In this document: in pieces, positions 1 to 9,518 of the stretch | Position numbering within the stretch: position 1 is the first letter of the stretch | Layout of the letters: every line of letters starts with the position of its first letter | NCBI GenBank assembly: GCA_965201075.1 | Contig: CBDAVP010000002.1 | Span: 1 to 64,000, forward strand | Source: Isosphaeraceae bacterium | Lineage (GTDB): Bacteria; Planctomycetota; Planctomycetia; Isosphaerales; Isosphaeraceae | Reading direction: 5' to 3' | DNA: 64,000 nucleotides | The notes under the pieces: generated by a model | Seen by the model: only the letters and a program-made list of their open reading frames with translations | Told to the model about the DNA's origin: nothing | Database searches by the model: none | Translations under genes and position numbers: made by a program

Positions 1-77
1 CGACCGTGGGCGGGGACCAGAACGCCGGGTCGACGGGGCTCCAGGCAGGCCTCCGACGCGCAGTCCGGAAACACCAA

Positions 78-119
78 CGGCCGGAGATCTGGCTGATTCC
101 AGCCAACGATCCCGGCCGC
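78..119 (-). terminator. Long GC-rich hairpin downstream of the 154..420 gene; possible terminator
   Basis: CGGCCGG-AGATC-TGGCTG-attc-CAGCCA-ACGATC-CCGGCCG inverted repeat; U-tract weak. Confidence 0.4.
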
Positions 120-153
120 GGAGGGTTTCGCGAGAGCTCAAGGTCTTAGCAAG

Positions 154-420
154 TCATTCCGAGCCCTGGACCTTGACCAACTTGTTGTAGAGGCCCAGGA
201 TCAGGATGGAGGGAACCCAGTGGCCGATGAATTGAGCGTCCTTGTCTCGCCCGGCCAGCTTCATCAGAGCCGACAGGCCGATCGAGCCGATGGCCAGGGA
301 CAGGTAGACGCCCGAGGGAACCTGACTGGTGTAGTGCTCGATCGCCTTGGTCACGGTTCCTTCCTGGTGTTCGTGTGACGAGACACCAGTGGCGGCATGT
401 TCAAGAGTGGCGCGACTCAT
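154..420 (-). CDS. Small conserved-looking membrane protein (88 aa)
   Basis: Hydrophobic segments, C-terminal FIGHWVPSILILGLYNKLVK, GGAG RBS upstream on the minus strand. Confidence 0.8.
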   Translation of the reverse strand: MSRATLEHAATGVSSHEHQEGTVTKAIEHYTSQVPSGVYLSLAIGSIGLSALMKLAGRDKDAQFIGHWVPSILILGLYNKLVKVQGSE

Positions 421-501
421 GGGGAATCTCCTAAGTTAGTGAACCACGGGGCGAGGAAGCCCCCGGAGAACGCTCCGGACGGGGGTTTCCTGGGCAAGAG
501 G

Positions 502-516
502 GCAAATCCCACGCCG
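502..516 (-). promoter_or_regulatory. Candidate sigma-54 (-24/-12) promoter
   Basis: Minus strand CGGCGTGGGATTTGC = GG-N10-GC with TTGC at -12, about 80 bp upstream of 154..420. Confidence 0.4.
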
Positions 517-735
517 ACTTCACGCCATTCCTCGGCCGCCGGGCACTTGGGGTGGCGATGGGTCGACGCGCGGAGCCTTTGTCTCGACGAGCCTGGTTTA
601 TTCATCGACGGGGCGTGCGGCGAGGGTCGGGGTAGGGGAAATCCTTGAAGATTCGCCGAGGGGTGGGTTCAACCGCTCGATTATGAGACGCTAGGAGAGC
701 CCGCGACGCGGCGGGGGGACTATGGAGGGTTTCCG

Positions 736-2007
736 ATGAGTCCGTTGAATCGTTCCCGTCCGGAGTTGAAAACGGAACTGCCCGGCCCGGTCGCCTCGGC
801 CTGGATTGCCCGCGACGAGGCGGTCATGTCCCCTTCGTACACGAGGACCTACCCCCTGGTGGTCCGCCGGGCTCGTGGGGCGATGATCGAGGACGTGGAC
901 GGCAACCGCTTCCTGGACTGGACCGCGGGGATCGCCGTCACCAACGCCGGTCATTGTCACCCCAAGGTCGTTGCGGCGATCCGTCGGCAGGCCGGGCGGC
1001 TGGTCCACATGTCGGGGACGGACTTTTATTACACGCCCCAGGCTCGTCTGGCCGAGAAACTGGCGAAGCTGGCCCCGGGAAACGTCCCCCGGCGGGTCTT
1101 CTTCGCCAACAGCGGCGCCGAGGCCGTCGAGGCGGCGTTGAAACTGGCCCGTCATCACTCCGGGCGGCCTCGGGCCCTGGCGTTCCTCAACGCCTTTCAC
1201 GGCCGGACCTATGGCGCTCTGTCGCTCAGCGCCTCGAAACCCGTCCAGCGACGAGGGTTCGCGCCGCTGGTGCCGGAAATTCACCATGCCCGCTACGGCG
1301 ACCTCGACTCGGTCCGTTCGGTCCTGAAAACCACCTGCCCGCCCGACGAGCTGGCCGCGATCTTCGTCGAGCCCATTCAGGGAGAGGGGGGCTACATCGT
1401 GCCCCCTCCAGAGTTTCTCCCTGGCCTCCGAACGCTTTGCGACGAGCACGGGATCTTGCTGGTGGTTGACGAGATTCAGGCGGGGGTGGGCCGGACGGGC
1501 CGGTTCTTCGCCGCCGAGCACTGGGGAGTGGCCGGCGATATCATCTGCATGGCCAAGGGGTTGGCGAACGGTCTCCCGCTGGGGGCGATCATCGCCAATG
1601 CCGACGTCATGGACTGGCCACCCGGCAGCCACGCCTCGACCTTTGGCGGAAATCCCGTCGCCTGCGCCGCGGCCCTGGCGACGATTGGCCTGATCGAACC
1701 GCGCTATCGACGCAACGCCGAGGCCCAGGGCGAGTCGTTGATGGTGGGCTTCCGCGAACTGGCGGGCCGCCATTCCGTCATCCGCGACGTTCGGGGGAAA
1801 GGGTTGATGATCGGGGTCGAAGTTCGCCGAGGCGCCGATCCGGACCCGGAATTGCGAGATGAGATCATCGAGCGGGCGTTCCGCCGTGGGCTGCTGTTGC
1901 TCCCTTGTGGGCCCAGCACCTTGCGAATCTGCCCCCCCTTGTGTCTGAGGGCCGATCAGGTGGAAATCGGCCTGGAGTTGTTGTCCCAGGCGATGGACCG
2001 TTCCTGA
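736..2007 (+). CDS. Class-III PLP aminotransferase (GabT/ArgD/Lat family)
   Basis: FANSGAEAVE, FHGRT, EPIQGEGG, DEIQAGVGRTG, MAKG (PLP lysine), STFGGNP; GGAGG RBS. Confidence 0.93.
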   Translation: MSPLNRSRPELKTELPGPVASAWIARDEAVMSPSYTRTYPLVVRRARGAMIEDVDGNRFLDWTAGIAVTNAGHCHPKVVAAIRRQAGRLVHMSGTDFYYTPQARLAEKLAKLAPGNVPRRVFFANSGAEAVEAALKLARHHSGRPRALAFLNAFHGRTYGALSLSASKPVQRRGFAPLVPEIHHARYGDLDSVRSVLKTTCPPDELAAIFVEPIQGEGGYIVPPPEFLPGLRTLCDEHGILLVVDEIQAGVGRTGRFFAAEHWGVAGDIICMAKGLANGLPLGAIIANADVMDWPPGSHASTFGGNPVACAAALATIGLIEPRYRRNAEAQGESLMVGFRELAGRHSVIRDVRGKGLMIGVEVRRGADPDPELRDEIIERAFRRGLLLLPCGPSTLRICPPLCLRADQVEIGLELLSQAMDRS

Positions 2008-2043
2008 CTTGCCCTCTCCCTTTGATTGAGACGGACCCCGGCG

Positions 2044-3441
2044 ATGGCAACGCGTACGACTAATGGAACCCAGGCCCCGGCCGCCGATCCCGCCTTTGAA
2101 TGGCAACGTTGGCCCGAGGCCGAGGCGTTCGTCCTCGATGCCGTCGGGCAGGCGGTCGCGGGAAATGCCTTCGCCGCTCAACTGGCGGGGCGGATGTCGG
2201 CCGAGACGGGGACGCGGTTCGCCGACTGGGTGGACCACCTGGAACTGGCCGAGACCCCCGGCCTGGCTCGCGAACTCGCGAGTTTGGGATTCGTGCGCCG
2301 GGGTGAGGCATTCGAGCATTCCAACGGGATGTTCCCCCGCCTCCGAATGGTTTCCGGAGCGGGGCCGGTTGTTCGCTCGGTGGCGATCAAGGTGGATTCG
2401 GTCGCCGACTTTTCCCGGGCTCATGACCTCGGCTGGAAGCCCGTGGGCAACCCGATGGGACCCTACCGGATCGGTCGGTTGCCGGGCGAGTCGGTCGGTT
2501 TCGCCGCGGTGGAACGTCGGGGGTACACCGGGTTCGAGCCATTCCCCGGAGATTTCGCCCGTGAAGGCCGGATGACTCCGCAGTCGGCCCGAGACGCCCT
2601 GGCGGTCCTGGACCTCTGGCGAGGACGGCGTCGCCGGTTCGACGACGACGCCGAGGGGATGGCGGCGACCGGCTCGCTGGCCGCCGACTGCGTGGAGCGG
2701 GTCGGCCCGGACCTGGCGAGCCACCTGGTTTTCCAGGCCGAGCGAGAATTTTGGGAATCCCGCAACCAGGCCGCTCAGGTCCAGAAGCGTCGTCAGGATC
2801 GTCTGGGGCTGGGCTGGGCCAACCACGACCACCATACCTTCCGGTCGTCCCGTCAGTCGTTCCCCGCCCTGATCGCGTTGTTCGAACGGCTGGGGTTCGA
2901 CCTCCGCGAGCATTATCACGCCGGGGAACGGGCCGGCTGGGGCGCGCAGATCTTGGAGAACCCTCGCGCGGGAATCGTGATCTTCGCCGACCTGGATCTG
3001 GCTCCCGAGGAGGTCTCTCACGACTTCTCGCACGTCCCCCTGCCCAACCTGGATCGGCCCAACACCGTGGGACTTTGGGTCGGCCTGCACGGCGAGTCGA
3101 TTCTGGAAGCCGGGATGCACCACCTGGAAGCCCAGTTCGATTTCGAAGCCCTCCAGACCGGGCTCGAAGCGGAGGCGGGCATCGTCACGATGAAGCCCTT
3201 CTCCGACTTCCCCTTCCTCCGTCAGGCGTTCACCGTCGGCGAACGGTGGCTGGTCGACCCTCGGCGAGCCGACTCCCTGCGGGATCGTGGCGCCATCACC
3301 CCTGAACAGCACTCCAAATTTCTGGCGGAGGGAGCCGTCGGCAGCCATCTGGAAAACCTCCAACGCGCCGAGGGCTTCAAGGGCTTCAACCAGCACGCGG
3401 TGAGCCTTATTATCGCCGCGACCGATCCTCGCAATCACTGA
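2044..3441 (+). CDS. VOC-superfamily metalloenzyme, HPPD/HglS(DUF1338)-like putative Fe(II) dioxygenase
   Basis: NHDHHTFRSS, AGMHHLE, FLRQAFT and HLENLQR-x3-FKGFN motifs in HPPD-like order; directly after the aminotransferase. Confidence 0.65.
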   Translation: MATRTTNGTQAPAADPAFEWQRWPEAEAFVLDAVGQAVAGNAFAAQLAGRMSAETGTRFADWVDHLELAETPGLARELASLGFVRRGEAFEHSNGMFPRLRMVSGAGPVVRSVAIKVDSVADFSRAHDLGWKPVGNPMGPYRIGRLPGESVGFAAVERRGYTGFEPFPGDFAREGRMTPQSARDALAVLDLWRGRRRRFDDDAEGMAATGSLAADCVERVGPDLASHLVFQAEREFWESRNQAAQVQKRRQDRLGLGWANHDHHTFRSSRQSFPALIALFERLGFDLREHYHAGERAGWGAQILENPRAGIVIFADLDLAPEEVSHDFSHVPLPNLDRPNTVGLWVGLHGESILEAGMHHLEAQFDFEALQTGLEAEAGIVTMKPFSDFPFLRQAFTVGERWLVDPRRADSLRDRGAITPEQHSKFLAEGAVGSHLENLQRAEGFKGFNQHAVSLIIAATDPRNH

Positions 3442-3508
3442 CATCCAAGATTGCCTAAATTACGTATCAGGTTTTAATCTACCTATTCTTCCCAAGTTGC
3501 TCGCTCGC

Positions 3509-3537
3509 TTGACAGGGGGGTGGTCGCGGGTTAGGTT
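3509..3537 (+). promoter_or_regulatory. Candidate sigma-70 promoter
   Basis: TTGACA-17 nt-TAGGTT in intergenic region. Confidence 0.5.
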
Positions 3538-3758
3538 GAGGAGGAGCAACGTTGACGTCGCCCACCGGATCGCATTTCGCGTTCAAGTCTTGTACGATTT
3601 CGCCGCCCGCTCCTCCGTCGGGCGAGTTTTTTTCTCGACAGTTTCACTGGACGTTCCTTCCGGTTGCGAGCCCGACCGCGTTTTGAGGTTTGGGCTCCGG
3701 CTGGTTGTGGATATTTCCGGTTTGCGAGACAGGGTCCCCCCCAGGGTATGAGGTCGCG

Positions 3759-5333
3759 ATGGGCCGAGCCTGGCGTTCCTCCACAGGGTTCAAGCTCATG
3801 GTCATGGCGATCGCCGAGAATTGGGGACGAGGTGGGTGGCGGCTTGGCCTTTTGGTCGGGTTGGGCCTCGCCTGGCCCTTGACCTTGCGGTCGCAGGAGC
3901 CCGCTCCCAAGGCGTCGGCGAGTCCACCGGCCTCGACCCGGGCAGAGGATTCTCCCCGGCCGCCAACAAACAAGAATGACCCGGGTGGGGCGACGGAGAA
4001 GGGGAAAACGACCGAAACGCCCGCCGACAAGGCCGAGGAGTCAACTACGGCCCCAGCGGAAACGAACCCGTTCGGCGGAACCTTGTACCGTGATGAACGT
4101 GCTGAAAATCTGATCAACAAGCTTGGTAAGTTCACGCCTATCACCTCGGTGATCCCCAGCCCCGGCATCGCCGACCAGATCGTCGCGGCGGCGGGGGGGG
4201 GTGGACAGGTTGTCGGCCAGAACGCGCTAGATGACTTCGTTCGCCAACAGGCCGCGGCCATGACCAGCGCGCGAGTCCTTTCGGGGCTTGGTTCCAAGGA
4301 ACCCGCCGATAATCAGAAAGCGATGAGAGACTTGCAGAAGGCCTATGATGCCCTGCAAGCCCCCGTCACCCGGGCCATGAAGGCCAACCCTAGGCGACCC
4401 GAATTTCTGAAGAGCTATACCGCCGCACTGCTCAAAGTGATCGACGAGTTGCTCGCCAACCACCTTCATGCCCGGTTGGAGGGGATGCTCGTCTTGAGCC
4501 GGACGGGCGACCCCCAGGCGATTCCCACCTATTTGAAGGTGCTGGCCGACCCGGAGCAGGACGTTTTGGTCAAGCAGATCGCCGCTTACGGAATCACCAC
4601 GGTGATCCGAAATAGCCGCACCGCCCTTCCGCCGGATGTGGCGATTCGCTCGGCCGAGTCTCTTCAAAACTTTCTGGAAGCGGAGCCTGACGCCCTCTGG
4701 ACGGCCAGGTTCCGGGCCCTGGAGGCGATGGGCTGGCTTCGCCAGGCGGGACGCGACCCCTCTCGCGACGATTTCCCGATGCTCGCCACCGCGGCCAAGA
4801 TTTTGGCCAATCCCAAGGAAGAGTTGGGAGTACGCTGCTGGGCGGCCTGGGCAATCTCAATGATGCGAGTGGATCGCGCCAATGCCAAGGTTGACTATTC
4901 CGGGATCGCCAGGGATATCGCCCAGTTGGCCGTCAACCTCGGCGAAAAGATTCTGGCGGTGAAGAGCGACCAGTCCTCTCAGCAGGCGGTGGAACTAATT
5001 ACCTTGCTGGCCTGGCCGCTTTACAACTCGCTGAAAGGGGAGCCGGACCAGACGCGGTCGGGTCTGATCAATGCCGCGGCCCTCGGCTCGGCCGCCCCGT
5101 TCGCCAAGGGGCTAGAGCCTCTGATGCAAACGTTGGCCCGAAGCGCGGTGGAGTTGAGCCGAGCGAGTGGGGCCCAGCTTCACAAGCAACGGTCGCAGGA
5201 GTTGACGACCTCGCTCGCCGCTTTGAAGGACTATCTGGCGAAGAACCCGCCGGCCAACCTGGTCAAGCCGGCGGACGTGGCGACTCCCAAGGCCGCGGCC
5301 TCTCCGAATGTTGACGCGACCCGTGCCCGCTGA
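3759..5333 (+). CDS. Exported HEAT/ARM-repeat-like hypothetical protein
   Basis: Hydrophobic N-terminal signal, Pro/Thr/Glu linker, helical repeats (RLEGMLVLSRTGD, RFRALEAMGWL, VRCWAAWAIS); start uncertain. Confidence 0.7.
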   Translation: MGRAWRSSTGFKLMVMAIAENWGRGGWRLGLLVGLGLAWPLTLRSQEPAPKASASPPASTRAEDSPRPPTNKNDPGGATEKGKTTETPADKAEESTTAPAETNPFGGTLYRDERAENLINKLGKFTPITSVIPSPGIADQIVAAAGGGGQVVGQNALDDFVRQQAAAMTSARVLSGLGSKEPADNQKAMRDLQKAYDALQAPVTRAMKANPRRPEFLKSYTAALLKVIDELLANHLHARLEGMLVLSRTGDPQAIPTYLKVLADPEQDVLVKQIAAYGITTVIRNSRTALPPDVAIRSAESLQNFLEAEPDALWTARFRALEAMGWLRQAGRDPSRDDFPMLATAAKILANPKEELGVRCWAAWAISMMRVDRANAKVDYSGIARDIAQLAVNLGEKILAVKSDQSSQQAVELITLLAWPLYNSLKGEPDQTRSGLINAAALGSAAPFAKGLEPLMQTLARSAVELSRASGAQLHKQRSQELTTSLAALKDYLAKNPPANLVKPADVATPKAAASPNVDATRAR

Positions 5334-5952
5334 CCTCGACGTGCCGGAGCTACGCGACTACCGGCGAATCAACGCCGAGGTTACACAGCTGCTGGATGCG
5401 GGGGAGACCCTAATCCACCTCGATGGCGTGGAGGGGCAACGGCTCCTCCTGCTGGGTCTTCGAGGTCACTGGCGAGCGTTGATCGAGGTTCGAGGCTGGG
5501 CGGGTCCGGAATTCGCGGCCGAGGTCGAGTCCCCGCACTTGCGAATTCATTGCAAGGGGCGCGTGGCCGAGGGGGCGGGGCGAGACTTCCAGTCTGGGAT
5601 GTTGGTTGTCGAGGGCGAAGCCGGGGATGCGGTTGCCTACGGTCAGTCCGGCGGGCTGATCGTGGTGCAAGGGAAGGCCGGCCATCGCGCCGGTTTGAAT
5701 CTGCGAGGCGGCGTGCTCGCCTTGCTCGGGGGCGCCGGCCGACTGACCGGCGAGCGACAGAGTGGCGGACGGATTCTGGTCCGAGCCGACGCCCTCGGCC
5801 CCTCGGCCAGTTGGGGGAGCCGCGGTGGGTCGCTGGAACAAATCCTACCGGATGGGACGCATACGGATTCGGATCTGGCGAACAGGGTTGTGGATCGTTC
5901 CGAATGGTACGGCCGGGGGTCACCTCCGGGTTTTCGCCTCGTCGAGTCCTGA
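5308..5952 (+). CDS. Stand-alone GXGXG beta-helix protein (GltB C-terminal/FwdC-like)
   Basis: Repeated V-x-G-x-A-G-x-x-x-G-x-x-x-x-G-G units; N-terminal YRRINAEV...GQR. Confidence 0.8.
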   Translation: MLTRPVPADLDVPELRDYRRINAEVTQLLDAGETLIHLDGVEGQRLLLLGLRGHWRALIEVRGWAGPEFAAEVESPHLRIHCKGRVAEGAGRDFQSGMLVVEGEAGDAVAYGQSGGLIVVQGKAGHRAGLNLRGGVLALLGGAGRLTGERQSGGRILVRADALGPSASWGSRGGSLEQILPDGTHTDSDLANRVVDRSEWYGRGSPPGFRLVES

Positions 5953-5965
5953 TCGGGGGCCGGCC

Positions 5966-6388
5966 GTGTCGAGATGGCGACGGGTCATTGTCGCCTGGGC
6001 CTGGCTCTCCGCCTCGGTCTCGGGGTGTGGGCCCATGCTGGGCCCGGAGGCGATGCCCGAGGCTCGGGTTCGGGGAGTCGTTCGAGTCGGGCCTCGTCCG
6101 GTGGGCGGGGGCTGGGTCGAATTCTTGCCCGTGGAAAACACCGTGGGTCGCCTCGCCTCGGCCAAACTGGCGAGCGATGGGTCGTTCATGGCCGAACATG
6201 TCCCGGTGGGCCGGGTCGCGTTGAGGATTGTTCACCCCCCCTTCCCCTTGCCTTGCGACCGGATTTTTGAGCGAGTCTTCCTGATTCGGGTCGAGATTCC
6301 CACTGGCCCAGCACCGCCACTGGCGATCGACCTTCAGGCCGAGTCGGCCCGACATTGCCCCGAGGGGGTCGCCCGGGTACGTCCCTGA
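5966..6388 (+). CDS. Planctomycete-type lipoprotein with carboxypeptidase-regulatory-like domain
   Basis: GTG start, lipobox-like VSGC, V-x-G-x-V...PV-x-x-G-x-V-x-F-x-P...DGSF pattern. Confidence 0.65.
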   Translation: MSRWRRVIVAWAWLSASVSGCGPMLGPEAMPEARVRGVVRVGPRPVGGGWVEFLPVENTVGRLASAKLASDGSFMAEHVPVGRVALRIVHPPFPLPCDRIFERVFLIRVEIPTGPAPPLAIDLQAESARHCPEGVARVRP

Positions 6389-6525
6389 GATTGTCGGGTG
6401 GGCTTGCGTCCAGATGTTCAGGTCCGGGGCTGCCAAACGCGGCCGTTGCGGTAGAATCGAGGGCCGACCTGGGCTCCCGCACTCGCGAGAGCGCTGGAGA
6501 ATCTGTCACTCTTTCGAGGGACGCG

Positions 6526-7578
6526 ATGGCCGTTGCCGACGCCGAAGCTCCTCCCGTCGCCGCCTCGGCCCTCCCCAAAATCTGGGTGATGTTCCGCTCG
6601 GGGGATGGGACGTTTCATGAGGACTGGAGCCCTCGACGGATCGCCGACGCCCTGAACGACTCGGGAGGGGTGCTCTGGGTCGACATTCGGGGAAACCAGT
6701 CGCACGTTGGCGACGTCGAAAGCCTGTTTCGGGATGTCTTCCGCTTCCATCCCCTGGCGATCGACGACGCCCTTCGCGAGTGCCACGTCCCCAAGGTCGA
6801 CGACTGGGAGGAGTACCTTTACCTCGTCATGCACGCCGTCGAGTTCGACGCCGAGGCCGGCGAGGAAGGGCTTCACCTTCACGAAATCGACATGTTCCTG
6901 GGCGCGAACTACCTGGTGACCTACCACGCGGAGCCAATCTCGGCGCTGGAGAACGTCCGCCAGGCGGTCACTCGTGATTTGGGGAATCGACTCAAGAGGG
7001 GGGCCGACCACCTGCTGTATCTGGTGATGGATCAGGTGGTCTCGGAATACATGTCCGCCATTGATCGCCTGGACGACGTGATCGACGAGGCCCAGGACGA
7101 GGTGTTCGCCGACCCCACGAAATCGACGGTCCGCAAGATTTTCCGGGTCAAGCGGGCGGCCCTGAGGTTTCACCGGGTCCTCGGTCCCCAGCGCGAAGTT
7201 CTGAATCGTCTGGGCCGCGACGAATTCGGGCAAATTGACCAGGCCGATCGGGTCTACTTCCGGGACGTTTACGACCACCTGGTCCGGCTTCACGACATCA
7301 CCGAGGGACTTCGCGACCTGATTTCGGGGGCGCTGGACACGTATCTGTCGGCCGTGTCGAACCGTACCAACGAGATCATGAAGACCTTGACGCTGGTCAC
7401 GGTCATGTTTCTGCCGATGACCTTTCTGGTGGGGTTCTTCGGCATGAACTTCTTCGGTGACACCCTGAACTTCCATTCTCCACTACCTCGGACCGCTCTG
7501 TTCTGGGGAAGTTGCTTGCTGATGATGGCGACGCCATTGGTGTTGTGGGGTTGGTCTCGGTGGCGCGGGTGGTTTTGA
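6526..7578 (+). CDS. corA: CorA-family Mg2+/Co2+ transporter
   Basis: FHPLAIDD, YFRDVYDH, NEIMKTLT, GMN signature and two C-terminal TM helices. Confidence 0.93.
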   Translation: MAVADAEAPPVAASALPKIWVMFRSGDGTFHEDWSPRRIADALNDSGGVLWVDIRGNQSHVGDVESLFRDVFRFHPLAIDDALRECHVPKVDDWEEYLYLVMHAVEFDAEAGEEGLHLHEIDMFLGANYLVTYHAEPISALENVRQAVTRDLGNRLKRGADHLLYLVMDQVVSEYMSAIDRLDDVIDEAQDEVFADPTKSTVRKIFRVKRAALRFHRVLGPQREVLNRLGRDEFGQIDQADRVYFRDVYDHLVRLHDITEGLRDLISGALDTYLSAVSNRTNEIMKTLTLVTVMFLPMTFLVGFFGMNFFGDTLNFHSPLPRTALFWGSCLLMMATPLVLWGWSRWRGWF

Positions 7579-7608
7579 GGCGAGGCGGGTCGAAGCGGGA
7601 GGTTCGAG

Positions 7609-9369
7609 ATGGGCGCGAGGTGGCGACTGAAACCGTTCGACGCCGACCGCGTCCGCGCCTTGAGTCGCGAGGGGGGCTACCCCTCGTTGCTCGCGCAACT
7701 TTTGATCCAGCGGGGGCTTGGCGAGGTCAAGCTCGCCCGGGATTACCTGGCGGCTCGGCAGAGTTCGTTTCTCGATCCGGAAGGGTTGCCGGGGGTGCCC
7801 GAGGCCGCCGAGCGAATCGTCTCGGCCGTTCGGGCGGGTCGGAGGATCGTGATTTATGGGGACTATGACGTCGATGGCGTCTGCGGGACGAGCGTCCTGT
7901 GGGCCTGCCTCAAACTGGCCGGGGCGAAGGACGTTTCGTATTACATCCCCCACCGGGTCGAGGAAGGCTACGGCCTCAACGCCGAGGCGCTGCGGATGCT
8001 GGCCGAGGAGCGGGGGGCCGAGGTCGTCGTGACGGTCGATTGCGGAATCTCGGCGGTGGCCGAGGCGCGGCTGGCGAAGCAGTTGGGGCTGGAACTGATC
8101 GTCACCGACCATCACACCATCGGGGCGGAATTGCCCGACGCCGCTGTCGTGGTGCATCCCCGGAGGCCGGGGGGAACGTATCCCTTTGGCGACCTTTGCG
8201 GGTGCGGGGTGGCGTTCAAGCTGGCCTGGCAAATCTGCAAGACATTCGGCGATGGGAAGAAGGCGTCGCCTCACCTTCGGGAGTTCCTGATCCGCTCGAT
8301 CACCCTGGTCGCCCTGGCCACGGTGGCGGACATGGTGCCGATGGAAGGGGAGAACCGCATCTTCGTCCGTCACGGGCTGTTGGGGCTGGAGTCGGGACCG
8401 GCGGTGGGACTTCAAGCGTTGATCGAGGCGGCCGGTCTCTCGGGGAAGCGGCCGATCACGACGGGGCATGTGGGCTTTAGCCTTGGGCCGAGAATCAACG
8501 CCGCGGGACGGATGGCCCGCGCGATGCGGGCCGTCGAACTCTTGACGACCGACGACCCGGACCTTGCCGGCGTGATCGCCGCCGAGTTGAACGCCTGCAA
8601 CGTCGAGCGTCAGCAAATGGAGGCGATGATCGTCGCCGAGGCCCGTCGCAAGATTGACGAGGCGGGGGGCGCCGAGGGACGAGGGGCCCTGGTGGTCGGC
8701 GGCGAGGGTTGGCATCCCGGGGTCATCGGAATCGTGGCGAGTCGCGTGGTCGAAACCTACCACCGGCCGGCGATCGTGGTGGCCCTGGCCGATGGATTCG
8801 GGCAGGGGTCGGGGCGGTCGATCTCGGGGTTTGATCTGTATGAAGCGTTACGGGCCTGCTCGGGGGCCTTGACCAGTTTTGGAGGGCATCGCGCCGCGGC
8901 CGGGCTGCGATTGCCGGCGGATGCCCTGCCGGCTTTCGCCGAACAGTTCGACGCCCATTGCCTGGGGCTGCTGACTCCCGAGGCGCTGGTCAAGGAACTG
9001 GAGATTGACGCCGAGATCCGCCTTGGAGAGTTGACCTTGGCCTCGATCGAGGGGATTGAAGCCCTCGAACCGTTTGGAATGGGCAACCCCCGCCCGCTTC
9101 TGTCGGCCCAGGGGCTTCGCGTGGTGGGGGAACCCCGGTTCGTGGGGGAGCGAAAAAATCACATCCAGGTTCGGTTCTCGCAGGGGAATTTGACCGCGAA
9201 AGCCGTGGGCTGGAACCTGGCCGAACGGTTGCGCGGCCTCACCTCGGGGACGGCCTGCGCGGTGGCGTTCCATCCTTCGATCAACGAATGGAACGGGCGA
9301 CGGGAAGTGCAGTTGGAGATTAAAGACGTCAAATTCGCCCAGGACGAGGTCCACTCCCGCACGGCCTGA
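7609..9369 (+). CDS. recJ: Single-stranded-DNA exonuclease RecJ
   Basis: GDYDVDG, TVDCG, TDHH, ADMVP, PRINAAGR, GSGRS, GGH, LEPFGMGNP. Confidence 0.96.
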   Translation: MGARWRLKPFDADRVRALSREGGYPSLLAQLLIQRGLGEVKLARDYLAARQSSFLDPEGLPGVPEAAERIVSAVRAGRRIVIYGDYDVDGVCGTSVLWACLKLAGAKDVSYYIPHRVEEGYGLNAEALRMLAEERGAEVVVTVDCGISAVAEARLAKQLGLELIVTDHHTIGAELPDAAVVVHPRRPGGTYPFGDLCGCGVAFKLAWQICKTFGDGKKASPHLREFLIRSITLVALATVADMVPMEGENRIFVRHGLLGLESGPAVGLQALIEAAGLSGKRPITTGHVGFSLGPRINAAGRMARAMRAVELLTTDDPDLAGVIAAELNACNVERQQMEAMIVAEARRKIDEAGGAEGRGALVVGGEGWHPGVIGIVASRVVETYHRPAIVVALADGFGQGSGRSISGFDLYEALRACSGALTSFGGHRAAAGLRLPADALPAFAEQFDAHCLGLLTPEALVKELEIDAEIRLGELTLASIEGIEALEPFGMGNPRPLLSAQGLRVVGEPRFVGERKNHIQVRFSQGNLTAKAVGWNLAERLRGLTSGTACAVAFHPSINEWNGRREVQLEIKDVKFAQDEVHSRTA

Positions 9370-9518
9370 GGGGTCGGGGCGGAACCGGCCGGAGTTGTGG
9401 GCCTCGACGTGGACTCGTAGAATCACAGCGTCCGCCCTGGCGGAAAGACGGGCGTTGCCCGTCGGTCCGTCCCCAGTCCCCCCCGCGTGGTCCCGCGGTG
9501 GGTGGGAGATTTTTGTCG

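Noticed and set aside
691..3444. 917-aa minus-strand ORF
   Set aside because: Antisense shadow of two well-supported + strand genes; no motifs; expected in high-GC DNA
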